This document shows, piece after piece, positions 39,583 to 47,858 of a stretch of 63,870 nt of DNA. The position numbers were made by a program, and so were the translations under genes. Numbering within the stretch: the first letter of the stretch is position 1; the number at the start of each line of letters is the position of its first letter. This DNA comes from Oculatellaceae cyanobacterium bins.114. Lineage in GTDB: Bacteria; Cyanobacteriota; Cyanobacteriia; Elainellales; Elainellaceae. The stretch lies in the NCBI GenBank assembly GCA_033764315.1, contig JANRJA010000067.1, positions 1 through 63,870 on the forward strand. The letters run 5' to 3'. Under the pieces are notes generated by a model, which was not told where the DNA came from, did not search any database, and saw nothing but the letters and a program-made list of their open reading frames with translations.

Positions 39583-39909
39583 ATGGAGGGAAAACGTTGG
39601 ACGATTCGCGATCGGTATGGTTATGAAATTTACCTGACCGAGGAACGCTGGGAGCATATCATTGATCCAGAGAATCATCCGGAAATGGAAGCCTATGAAG
39701 ATGAATTGATTGATGCTGTGCGATCGGGTACTCGGATTCAGGAACCATTGAACCCGCAGAAATACCGCTATAGCAAAGCATTTGCTAATTTAATAGCAGG
39801 CAACACTAGCATTGTGGCGATCGTCCTTTGCCGCTTTAAAGAGGGAGCGGATGGTCAACCTGTACCCAACAACTACATCGTGACTGCATATCAAAAAGGG
39901 GGGAGATAG
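39583..39909 (+). CDS. Putative BECR/RelE-like fold ribonuclease toxin
   Basis: IYLTEERWEHII..HPEM at the N-terminus and IVTAY at the C-terminus; immediately upstream of a DUF2283-like gene. Confidence 0.65.
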   Translation: MEGKRWTIRDRYGYEIYLTEERWEHIIDPENHPEMEAYEDELIDAVRSGTRIQEPLNPQKYRYSKAFANLIAGNTSIVAIVLCRFKEGADGQPVPNNYIVTAYQKGGR

Positions 39910-39913
39910 AGAT

Positions 39914-40303
39914 ATGGAGACGACAACCATTCAGTACGACGAGATTAGCGATACTCTGACTGTGGTGTTTGAATCAGGCACACCATCCCTTGGAGTTGAA
40001 CTCACCAATAACATCTTGTTACGCATCAATCCCCAGACCAGGCAAGCGGTGAGTCTTAATTTCTTTGACTATTCAATTTTGTCTCAAATCACCAATATTG
40101 GATCGCGTAGTTTTCCTTTAACAGAATTAAGAACCCTATCTAACGATCTGCAAGAGACTACCATACAGATTTTACGCAGCAAACCTGTCTGTGATTTTTT
40201 ACAAGTTTCTGCTTATAGCCCTTCAATCACTGAAACAATTCCAATTATTTTGCTACAACCTGTAGTCACCTCGTTTGGTGGGTCGGTTGCTACAGCAGCC
40301 TAA
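39914..40303 (+). CDS. DUF2283-like putative antitoxin
   Basis: IQYDEISDTLTVVF..VELTNNILLRINPQTRQAVSLNFFDYS. Confidence 0.7.
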   Translation: METTTIQYDEISDTLTVVFESGTPSLGVELTNNILLRINPQTRQAVSLNFFDYSILSQITNIGSRSFPLTELRTLSNDLQETTIQILRSKPVCDFLQVSAYSPSITETIPIILLQPVVTSFGGSVATAA

Positions 40304-40371
40304 GAAAAGGATAAAGGATAAAAAGGAAGAAAGAAAAAAGAAGAGGGAAAAAAGAGGGAGAGGGAAAGGGG

Positions 40372-40402
40372 GGCAGAGATGCGATTAATCGCGTCTATAC
40401 GG
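40372..40402. repeat. Palindromic REP-like element (right border of TA array)
   Basis: GGCAGAGATGCGATTAATCGCGTCTATACGG, 29/31 identical to 37856-37886, same orientation. Confidence 0.8.
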
Positions 40403-40523
40403 AATCAGGGATCTTTCTATAATTCCAACATATCTATACATAGAGGATATACAGAGGGCTGGAATGGGAATGGTATGCTTGACGCAAGAGAACGCCGATT
40501 GAGCCAGTTGTCCAGCGAACCCT

Positions 40524-42443
40524 ATGGATGCATCCCTTGAGATAACGCTGCAAATGGTGATCACCGTGATCGCGGGCATCAGTGCTCAAGTAGTGGCAGA
40601 TTATCTCAAAGTTCCAAGTATTGTCTTTTTGCTGCTGTTTGGCATTTTGCTAGGGTCAGATGGCTTGGGGGTGTTGCATCCGCAGCTGTTGGGCACTGGG
40701 CTAGAAGTCATGGTGGCACTGTCAGTTGCGCTCATTCTGTTTGAGGGGGGGCTAAACCTGCAATTGCGCGATCTGAGCCGGGTGTCGGGCAGTTTGCGAA
40801 ATTTAGTGACGGTAGGGACGCTCATCACTCTGGTGGGGGGTGGCATGGCAGCGCACTGGTTAGGTGAGTTTCCTTGGGCGATCGCCTTTCTCTATGCTTC
40901 GCTGGTGGTGGTGACAGGGCCAACGGTGATCAGTCCGTTGTTAAAGCAGGTCAAAGTAGAGCGATCGGTGGCGACGCTGTTGGAAGGCGAAGGGGTGTTA
41001 ATTGACCCCGTGGGAGCCATCCTGGCGGTGGTAGTGCTAGATATTATTCTCAATGGTGGGGCTGATCCGGCATTGGTTGTCACAGGTCTAACGCTGCGCT
41101 TGGGCATTGGTGCAGGTATTGGTGCCTTGGGCGGATGGCTGCTAGGTCTGTTTCTCAAACACGCTAAGTTTCTCTCAGAAGATTTAAAAAACCTGGTGGT
41201 GTTAGCAGGCATTTGGGGCTTGTTTGGGGTCGCACAAACCATTCGCAGTGAAGCTGGATTGATGACCACAGTTGTAGCGGGAATTGTCTTACGCACGGCA
41301 TCTCTGCCCGAAGAAAGGTTGCTGCGACGGTTTAAAAGTCAGTTGACGATTCTAGCGGTGTCGGTGCTGTTCATTCTCTTGGCGGCGGATCTGTCGATCG
41401 CCAGCGTATTTGCTCTGGGGCAAGGAGCCGTCTTGACCGTCGCTGTCTTGATGTTTGTCGTGCGTCCCATCAATATTGGACTGTGCACACTCAACAGCGG
41501 CATGACCTGGCAGCAAAAACTGTTTGTTGCCTGGGTCGCCCCCAAAGGCATTGTCTCTGCCTCCGTTGCCTCGCTCTTTGCCATCTTGTTAACGCAACGG
41601 GGCATTAACGGGGGTGACTCGATCAAAGCTCTGGTATTTCTGACTATTCTCTCGACGGTTTTTTTGCAAGGACTCACCGCTCGTTGGGTCGCTCAATTGC
41701 TCGGTGTGACCTCTACTCAAGCCACTGGAGTGGTGATTGTCGGCTGCAATCCTTTGAGTCTGCTGATTGCTCGTTTGTTTCGCGATCGCAACGAGGCAGT
41801 TGTCCTAATTGACACCGATCAAGATGCCTGTCGCATGGCACGGGAAACGCTGGGCGATGTGCAGGTTGTTGCCAGCAGTGCCTTGGACATGGAGGTCTTA
41901 GAGGGAGCAGGGCTTGCTAGCGCAGGTACCTTTTTAGCAATCACCAGCAATGGCGAAGTAAATCGAGTCCTGGCTCAACGCGCCTCAGAAGAGTTTCAAC
42001 CCCCACGAGTCGTGGCGTTGTTTCCCAGTGACGGGCAGCCAACCACGCCGCAAAACAGCAAAGTGCAACCCGCTTTTATTCCACAGATGCAGCTCAAGAC
42101 ATGGAATCGCTATCTCACCGACAATGCCGTCAAGTTAGGCGAAACTTTGCTTCGAGAAGAAGAACTGGAGTCACAACAAGCCCACTTGAAGTCGCTGATT
42201 GAAGCAGGAGATCTGTTGCCCTTGTTGTTGGAACGAGGCAACCAGTGTCAGGTGATGTCGGCATTGGAAACCTGGGAAGTGGGCGATCGCATTATCTATC
42301 TATTACACGATCCTAAACCTCAACTCTTAAAGCGATTGGGCGGCAGCAATGCTCCCGTTCGGCTCTCGCCCGAAAAACTTGCAGAAGTAGAAGAGATTCC
42401 CATTCCAATCGTTGAGCCACCGTTGCAAGAAGTGCAGCCGTAA
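40524..42443 (+). CDS. Cation:proton antiporter (CPA1/NhaP-type) with TrkA-N/RCK domain
   Basis: ILFEGGL, VVTGPTVI, EGEGVLIDP, APKGIVSAS; about 12 TMs; VVIVGCNPL..VVLIDTD. Confidence 0.93.
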   Translation: MDASLEITLQMVITVIAGISAQVVADYLKVPSIVFLLLFGILLGSDGLGVLHPQLLGTGLEVMVALSVALILFEGGLNLQLRDLSRVSGSLRNLVTVGTLITLVGGGMAAHWLGEFPWAIAFLYASLVVVTGPTVISPLLKQVKVERSVATLLEGEGVLIDPVGAILAVVVLDIILNGGADPALVVTGLTLRLGIGAGIGALGGWLLGLFLKHAKFLSEDLKNLVVLAGIWGLFGVAQTIRSEAGLMTTVVAGIVLRTASLPEERLLRRFKSQLTILAVSVLFILLAADLSIASVFALGQGAVLTVAVLMFVVRPINIGLCTLNSGMTWQQKLFVAWVAPKGIVSASVASLFAILLTQRGINGGDSIKALVFLTILSTVFLQGLTARWVAQLLGVTSTQATGVVIVGCNPLSLLIARLFRDRNEAVVLIDTDQDACRMARETLGDVQVVASSALDMEVLEGAGLASAGTFLAITSNGEVNRVLAQRASEEFQPPRVVALFPSDGQPTTPQNSKVQPAFIPQMQLKTWNRYLTDNAVKLGETLLREEELESQQAHLKSLIEAGDLLPLLLERGNQCQVMSALETWEVGDRIIYLLHDPKPQLLKRLGGSNAPVRLSPEKLAEVEEIPIPIVEPPLQEVQP

Positions 42444-42454
42444 GGGGTTGATGA

Positions 42455-42538
42455 AGTTTTGAGTTTTGAGTTTTGAGTTTTGAGTTTTAAGTTGAATCTT
42501 CTAATTCAAAACTCAAAATTGAGAATTGAGAACTCTTG
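42455..42538. repeat. Heptamer STRR (TGAGTTT)n with inverted partner
   Basis: About 5 copies of GAGTTTT followed by AAAACTCAAAA. Confidence 0.85.
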
Positions 42539-42729
42539 CCATTATTCTCACTCCCCATTTCCTATTTATCTCAAGGTAGATTTTGTGTAATTTGTCTATT
42601 TTGATTCTTGTTTTTTTAAGTGACAGGAGTACAATTCTTTATTCAATAGGAAAACACACTTTGGCGATCGCTTAATCCCCTAAATTGCATCATTCACTAC
42701 ACAAATTTAAGTAATTTTAGGAGTCAGCC

Positions 42730-43077
42730 ATGAAATACACGTTTGATCTGGTAGGCGTTTCACCCGTCTTATCTTTTTTTAACTATGAACAAGATCAACA
42801 ACAACAACGACTGAACTCAGGTGCTCAATACTTAGGAGCTTATCAGTGCACCTTGGACGCATTCATTCAATCAGTAGAGACCGTTCCCGTTCGTCGAGGT
42901 TGGCAATTAGACGAAGTGGTCGATAGCGTCATTAACTTTTGGCTCAACAACGCCGATCAGGTATGCCATTGGAGAAGACGACTTGAAGATGCGGGCTCAG
43001 AAAATTTATTAGTCGCAAGACTCGCCGATCTCAACGCTCTAAAGACTGAATTTGAATCCTTGTTTAGCGATTTGTAA
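42730..43077 (+). CDS. Conserved cyanobacterial hypothetical protein (115 aa)
   Basis: AGGAG RBS; clean ORF upstream of the prk-like gene. Confidence 0.75.
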   Translation: MKYTFDLVGVSPVLSFFNYEQDQQQQRLNSGAQYLGAYQCTLDAFIQSVETVPVRRGWQLDEVVDSVINFWLNNADQVCHWRRRLEDAGSENLLVARLADLNALKTEFESLFSDL

Positions 43078-43275
43078 GGTAAAACATTACTAAATCTATC
43101 GAAGTATTACTAAAAATTGCAGAACCCTTGTCTGATCAGGTAAAGCCCTTGCAATGCGTCCCATTGCCTCTAATAATTGGGGCTATTCACTCTTGTTGAA
43201 TCTTCTAATTCAAAACTCAAAATTGAGAATTGAGAACTCTTGTTTGCTGATGTCCTGTTTCATTGAGGTGGTTTC

Positions 43276-44214
43276 ATGGTTCATCGCCCAATTATCCTGG
43301 GTATTGTTGGTGACAGTGCTGCTGGAAAAACAACACTCACTAAGGGAATTGCTCAAGTATTGGGCGAGGAGAATGTGACCGTTATCTGCACAGATGACTA
43401 TCACCGCTATGATCGCCAACAGCGGGCTGAGCTAGGCATTTCTGCGTTACACCCTGACTGCAATTATCTCGACATTATTCAGCAACACCTGGGGTTACTG
43501 CGAACGGGGCAACCTATTCTAAAGCCCATTTATAACCACAACACAGGCATGTTTGATCCGCCAGAATACATCAAACCCAGCCAATATGTGATTGTGGAAG
43601 GGTTGTTAGGCTATTCCACAAGAGGCATGCGAGATAGCTATGATGTCAAGGTTTATCTGGCACCTCCTGAAGAGTTGCGAACGGGTTGGAAAATCAAGCG
43701 TGACACCAGCAAACGGGGTTACACCCGTGAACAGGTACTTGACCAGCTTCGCAAGCGAGAGGCCGACTCAGAAGCGTTTATCAATCCGCAGCGTCAGTGG
43801 GCAGACGTGATTGTCAGCTTTTATCCCTCTGAAAATGAGGGACAAAATGATCTGTTGTTGAATGTACGCTTGGTGTTGCGTCCGACAATTCCGCACCCTG
43901 ACCTCAGCACGATTCTGAGTGCTAACGGCAACCATTTAGGATCCGCCATTCGACTAGAACTCGATCGCGATATGGGCAAACCCGTTGATGTTTTAGAAAT
44001 CGATGGTCACGCCACTGCCGATCAGGTGATTGAGTTAGAGCGGATGTTGTGTAACGAAGTACCGTATTTGGGCAAGTTTTGCAGTCTTCAGGGCAATCCC
44101 AGCATTGGTAAGGTGGTTGGCACGACAGGAGAAATTTTGCAAAGCTATCCTCTGGCGTTAACTCAACTGCTGATCACCTATCACATGCTCAAAGCAGCTA
44201 ATGTTCATCTTTAG
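43276..44214 (+). CDS. prk: Phosphoribulokinase-family protein (non-canonical paralog)
   Basis: GIVGDSAAGKTT, ICTDDYHRYDR, ALHPDCN, KPIYNHNTG, IVEGL, WKIKRDTSKRGY, FINPQRQWAD. Confidence 0.85.
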   Translation: MVHRPIILGIVGDSAAGKTTLTKGIAQVLGEENVTVICTDDYHRYDRQQRAELGISALHPDCNYLDIIQQHLGLLRTGQPILKPIYNHNTGMFDPPEYIKPSQYVIVEGLLGYSTRGMRDSYDVKVYLAPPEELRTGWKIKRDTSKRGYTREQVLDQLRKREADSEAFINPQRQWADVIVSFYPSENEGQNDLLLNVRLVLRPTIPHPDLSTILSANGNHLGSAIRLELDRDMGKPVDVLEIDGHATADQVIELERMLCNEVPYLGKFCSLQGNPSIGKVVGTTGEILQSYPLALTQLLITYHMLKAANVHL

Positions 44215-44249
44215 GAGCAGGGGTTAAATAGCAATTTTTGCAAGCAACC

Positions 44250-44484
44250 CAGCGAATCAATTCGCGGCTACCAGAGCGAAGTCCGCTGTCGCGGCCTACC
44301 AAAATCAAAGGTTTACTGAACCGACTCCTATAAAATCCGGCTAGTTGCTTACTCATTACGTCCCTACAGGCAAAGGTTTTAGCCTAGCCTTACAACAGGT
44401 CAGCAGCCAGATTTCATATCAGGTCGGTTTTGCTCCTGTAGTTGCGGTTTCAACCGCCAAAATCCTGATCCCGAACTCAGGTTA
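44250..44484. repeat. Family B MITE with a nested ~95-bp insertion
   Basis: Aligns with the reverse complement of 47595-47740 except for extra 44326-44420. Confidence 0.75.
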
Positions 44485-44538
44485 AAAGTAGGGCAACAGA
44501 TCCGTTGGGTGCACTTTGCGATCGCCCCTAACAAGACT

Positions 44539-45225
44539 CTAAAATTCAATTCCGGCTTGGGCTTTAACGCCCTGCTCTCGAAAGGGATGCTTCACTAAAG
44601 ACATTTCAGTCACCAGATCGGCCTGTTCAATCAACTCACTGGGGGCACCTCTGCCTGTGAGAATGACGTGAGAGTCAGCGGGTTTGTAGGCTAAACTCGA
44701 CACAATTTGGTCAACGGGCAAATAACCCAACTTGAGAGCCACGTTGATTTCATCTAATAACACCACCTTAAAGGCAGCATCACTGATGAAGGCTTGGGCT
44801 TTTTGCCAACCGGCTTGAGCCACAGCAATGTCGCGATCGCGATCTTGGGTTTCCCAGGTAAAGCCCTCCCCCATCGCATGAAACTCTAACTGCGGGGGTG
44901 CCCCATCTCGGCTCACTGTCCAGTGGCTCAACGCTGCTTTTTCAGCAGGCTCCCAGGCTCCTTTGATAAACTGCACGATCGCCACTCGATAGCCATGACC
45001 GAGCGATCGCAACACCATCCCCAGAGCAGCCGTAGTTTTACCTTTGCCGTTTCCGGTGTGAACGATCACCAGTCCCTTTTCCAGGCTGCGTTCTGCCAGA
45101 CGTTTTTCTTGCACCTCTTTGCGCCGCTGCATCTTCAAGCGATGTTGTTCAGCGGTGAGGGATGCGGTGCCTTCAGCCACATCTGGGGTTTCATCAGGAG
45201 TATCCGTTAAACGAGTGCGATTCAT
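44539..45225 (-). CDS. cobO: Cob(I)yrinic acid a,c-diamide adenosyltransferase
   Basis: VHTGNGKGKTTAALG, VQFIKG, GEGFTW, LLDEIN, VILTGR, ADLVTEM..KHPF..GIEF. Confidence 0.96.
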   Translation of the reverse strand: MNRTRLTDTPDETPDVAEGTASLTAEQHRLKMQRRKEVQEKRLAERSLEKGLVIVHTGNGKGKTTAALGMVLRSLGHGYRVAIVQFIKGAWEPAEKAALSHWTVSRDGAPPQLEFHAMGEGFTWETQDRDRDIAVAQAGWQKAQAFISDAAFKVVLLDEINVALKLGYLPVDQIVSSLAYKPADSHVILTGRGAPSELIEQADLVTEMSLVKHPFREQGVKAQAGIEF

Positions 45226-45378
45226 GCCAATTTTACAAATAGGAGCCTTTACTAGAATCACGCAAAATCAGAGAAATTGGCGGTTGATGACCTTAAAGAA
45301 TCTAGAAAATTGGCAAGTTGTTAGAGCATAAAGCAAGAAAATGATGAATGATGAGTTTTGAATGTGAATTACTTCACC

Positions 45379-45500
<122 letters not shown>

Positions 45501-45522
45501 TTCATCCACCCATCACCATCCA

Positions 45523-46662
45523 TTACCGCTGCGCTCCACGCGGATCAAGCGCATCACGCAAACCATCGCCTAACAGGTTAAATGCCAAAACCGTCACCAC
45601 AATCAGCAAAGCGGGCGACCAGATCAGCCAGGGTTGCAACACCAAAAACGAGGCATTGGTGGCAAGAGACAGCATATTACCCCAGGAAGGGTCGGGCTGT
45701 TGAATGCCTAACCCAATGAGGCTGAGCACCGCTTCTGCCACGATAAAACTGGGAATCGAAAGTGTCGCTGAGATGATGATGTAGGTCGCTGTTTGTGGCA
45801 AAACGTGGCGTGTGATGATGTAGAGCGATCGCCCCCCCATTGCCCGTGCCGCTTGCACAAACTCTCGTTCTTTGATCGACAGCACCTGCCCCCGAATCAC
45901 CCGTGCCAAACCGGCCCAACTGACGAAGGAAGTGATCAGTACAATTAGCAAAAACCGTTGCGAACTGCTCAACCCGGCTGGCAACACTGCCGCCAGTGCA
46001 ACCAATAGATAAATACTGGGAATCGTCATCAACACTTCGACAATTCGCATGAGCGACGCATCCACAATACCGCCAAAGTAGCCAGAGATACCGCCCACCA
46101 ACATCCCTAGCGGGAAGGAAATAATAATCCCCACCAGACCAATGCTGAGGCTAACTCGCCCGCCATACACCAAGCGACTGAACTGATCGCGTGCCTGCTC
46201 ATCGGTGCCCAAAATGTTGAGTGCGCCATCTCCCACCGCTCCAAACAAATGGATGTTGCCAGGGATGCCAGAAAAGAGGGTAATTTCCTCAAATTGCGGT
46301 TCACTCAGAGACAGGGGAGTTGGCAGAGGCAGTTTCACTTGCAGAAAGTTGTACTCTGAGCCTTTGACAAACAAGCGAATCGGGGAGGGTTTGTTGAAAT
46401 CAACCGACACCAGGCGATCGCCCGTTTCTAAGTCCACCGGCCCCTGTGTCGTGGGATAGACATGAGGGCCGATAAATTGCCCCGTCTCTTGATTGCGCCA
46501 ATACACTTGGGTTGGCGGCAGTAGTGACCCATCCGTTTGTGAGGCATAGGGGTCATAGGGAGACACAAACTCAGCTGCAATCACCATTAAATAGAAAATT
46601 AACAGGACAATGGCACCGAGTTGAGCCAAAGAATTTTTTTTGAACTTCTGCCACCAGGTCAT
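45523..46662 (-). CDS. Peptide/nickel ABC transporter permease (DppC/OppC-like)
   Basis: LGTDEQARDQFSRLVYGGRVSL, EFVQAARAMG, SLIGLGIQQPDPSWG, FNLLGDGLRDALDP. Confidence 0.93.
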   Translation of the reverse strand: MTWWQKFKKNSLAQLGAIVLLIFYLMVIAAEFVSPYDPYASQTDGSLLPPTQVYWRNQETGQFIGPHVYPTTQGPVDLETGDRLVSVDFNKPSPIRLFVKGSEYNFLQVKLPLPTPLSLSEPQFEEITLFSGIPGNIHLFGAVGDGALNILGTDEQARDQFSRLVYGGRVSLSIGLVGIIISFPLGMLVGGISGYFGGIVDASLMRIVEVLMTIPSIYLLVALAAVLPAGLSSSQRFLLIVLITSFVSWAGLARVIRGQVLSIKEREFVQAARAMGGRSLYIITRHVLPQTATYIIISATLSIPSFIVAEAVLSLIGLGIQQPDPSWGNMLSLATNASFLVLQPWLIWSPALLIVVTVLAFNLLGDGLRDALDPRGAQR

Positions 46663-46705
46663 AGCGATTTGGGGTTTTAGATTTTGGATTGGGGATTTTG
46701 ATAGT

Positions 46706-47056
46706 TTACAACCCTTGCTCTTTTCTGTGGCTCAAGAGCCAGTTGGCGATCGTGGCTCGTCGGGTCAAGCGGGGTACCAATTCACCCACTTTATAACCCT
46801 CAAACCCCAATTCTTCCTTGAGCAATTGTTTATTTTCTTTGGGAATGGAGCGTGTCAACTTCACTGTTGCCGGACGACTGGCAATAAAGTCGGGTGGTTC
46901 AGGATACTCTTCTCGCCACTCCGCCGCCACCTGACTGGAATCCCATCGGTCTGCCACCTCATCATAGCGATAGCCCAATCGCTCCCAAACGAGTTGGTTT
47001 ACGGCAGCATCAGCGATCGCATCTTTGAGAATGGCCCAGATGGTTTCATCCTTCAT
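46706..47056 (-). CDS. DUF1823-family protein
   Basis: VNQLVWERLGYRY..YPEPPDFIASRPATVKLTRSIPKENKQLLKEELGFEGY..TRRATIANWLL. Confidence 0.85.
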   Translation of the reverse strand: MKDETIWAILKDAIADAAVNQLVWERLGYRYDEVADRWDSSQVAAEWREEYPEPPDFIASRPATVKLTRSIPKENKQLLKEELGFEGYKVGELVPRLTRRATIANWLLSHRKEQGL

Positions 47057-47585
47057 GTTTCCCTTCCCCCTCTTTCTGAAGCCGATTGTACCCCCCCAGG
47101 CACAACAACCACACCACCACCGCTAACCAATGCAGCAAAACAGGCAACCAGAGCGAACCCGTTTGCAGATAGGCGATTGCACAAATCACCCCCAACAAAG
47201 CTGCCAACACAAGAAAACCAGGGGTCATAAACGTGGGACGACCCGCTGGATAAAAGCTCAGCGCATTTAAGGGGTGATAGAGAATAAACAGAATCAGGCT
47301 GAGACTAAACCACACCCCGATCGTCGTGAGGGAAGCCGATTCACTGGGGTGTGGCAACAGCAATGCGCGAAAAAACAACTCTTCGGTCATGCCAGGAGTA
47401 ACAAGCGCGATCGCCCCCACACTGAGCACAATTTTGGGCGATCGAATCACCTCCACCTTGAGAAACCCAACCGTCCGTCCCAGCGGAATCAAGAGCAACA
47501 CCAACAGCAAGCAGATTCCCCCAACCGTGAACCACTCCTGTCCACTGGGAAGCGTTGTAATTGCCAGCCAAATGCGATCGAACAT
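47046..47585 (-). CDS. CPBP (Abi/CAAX) family intramembrane protease
   Basis: EELFFR, FILYH, LLHW motifs within a hydrophobic protein. Confidence 0.88.
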   Translation of the reverse strand: MFDRIWLAITTLPSGQEWFTVGGICLLLVLLLIPLGRTVGFLKVEVIRSPKIVLSVGAIALVTPGMTEELFFRALLLPHPSESASLTTIGVWFSLSLILFILYHPLNALSFYPAGRPTFMTPGFLVLAALLGVICAIAYLQTGSLWLPVLLHWLAVVVWLLCLGGYNRLQKEGEGKHEG

Positions 47586-47594
47586 AAGTTAGGT

Positions 47595-47760
47595 TACGTG
47601 AATTCGGGATAAGGATTTTGGCGGTTAAAACCGCAGCTATCCGAACAAAACCAACCTCGTCGGTTCATCAAACCCTTCATCTTCCGTAGTCCGCGTCGGC
47701 GGACTTGGCTCTAATAGCCGCGAATTAATTCGCTAGGCTCTTAAACCGAACATAAGTTAG
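47595..47760. repeat. Family B MITE (multi-hairpin)
   Basis: GCGGTTAAAACCGC, AGTCCGCGTCGGCGGACT and GCGAATTAATTCGC hairpins; flanked by a 16-bp direct repeat. Confidence 0.75.
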
Positions 47761-47782
47761 GTGAGGGTATCCATCCAGGTTA

Positions 47783-47849
47783 AGATCCCCGGTTGTTCGT
47801 TGAGCGTCCTTAAAAAGGTTTGATTCACCTCATCAGCAACCGGGGATCT
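47783..47849. repeat. MITE-like element, family A
   Basis: AGATCCCCGGTTG ... CAACCGGGGATCT. Confidence 0.8.
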
Positions 47850-47858
47850 GAGCTTCAA

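Noticed and set aside
42564..42581. Near-palindrome ATTTATCTCAAGGTAGAT, loosely similar to 57968-57983, as a shared regulator site
   Set aside because: Too degenerate and too few instances to support by eye
44300..45350. Cobalamin riboswitch near cobO
   Set aside because: No B12-box consensus found upstream; nearby structure is explained by MITE and STRR repeats
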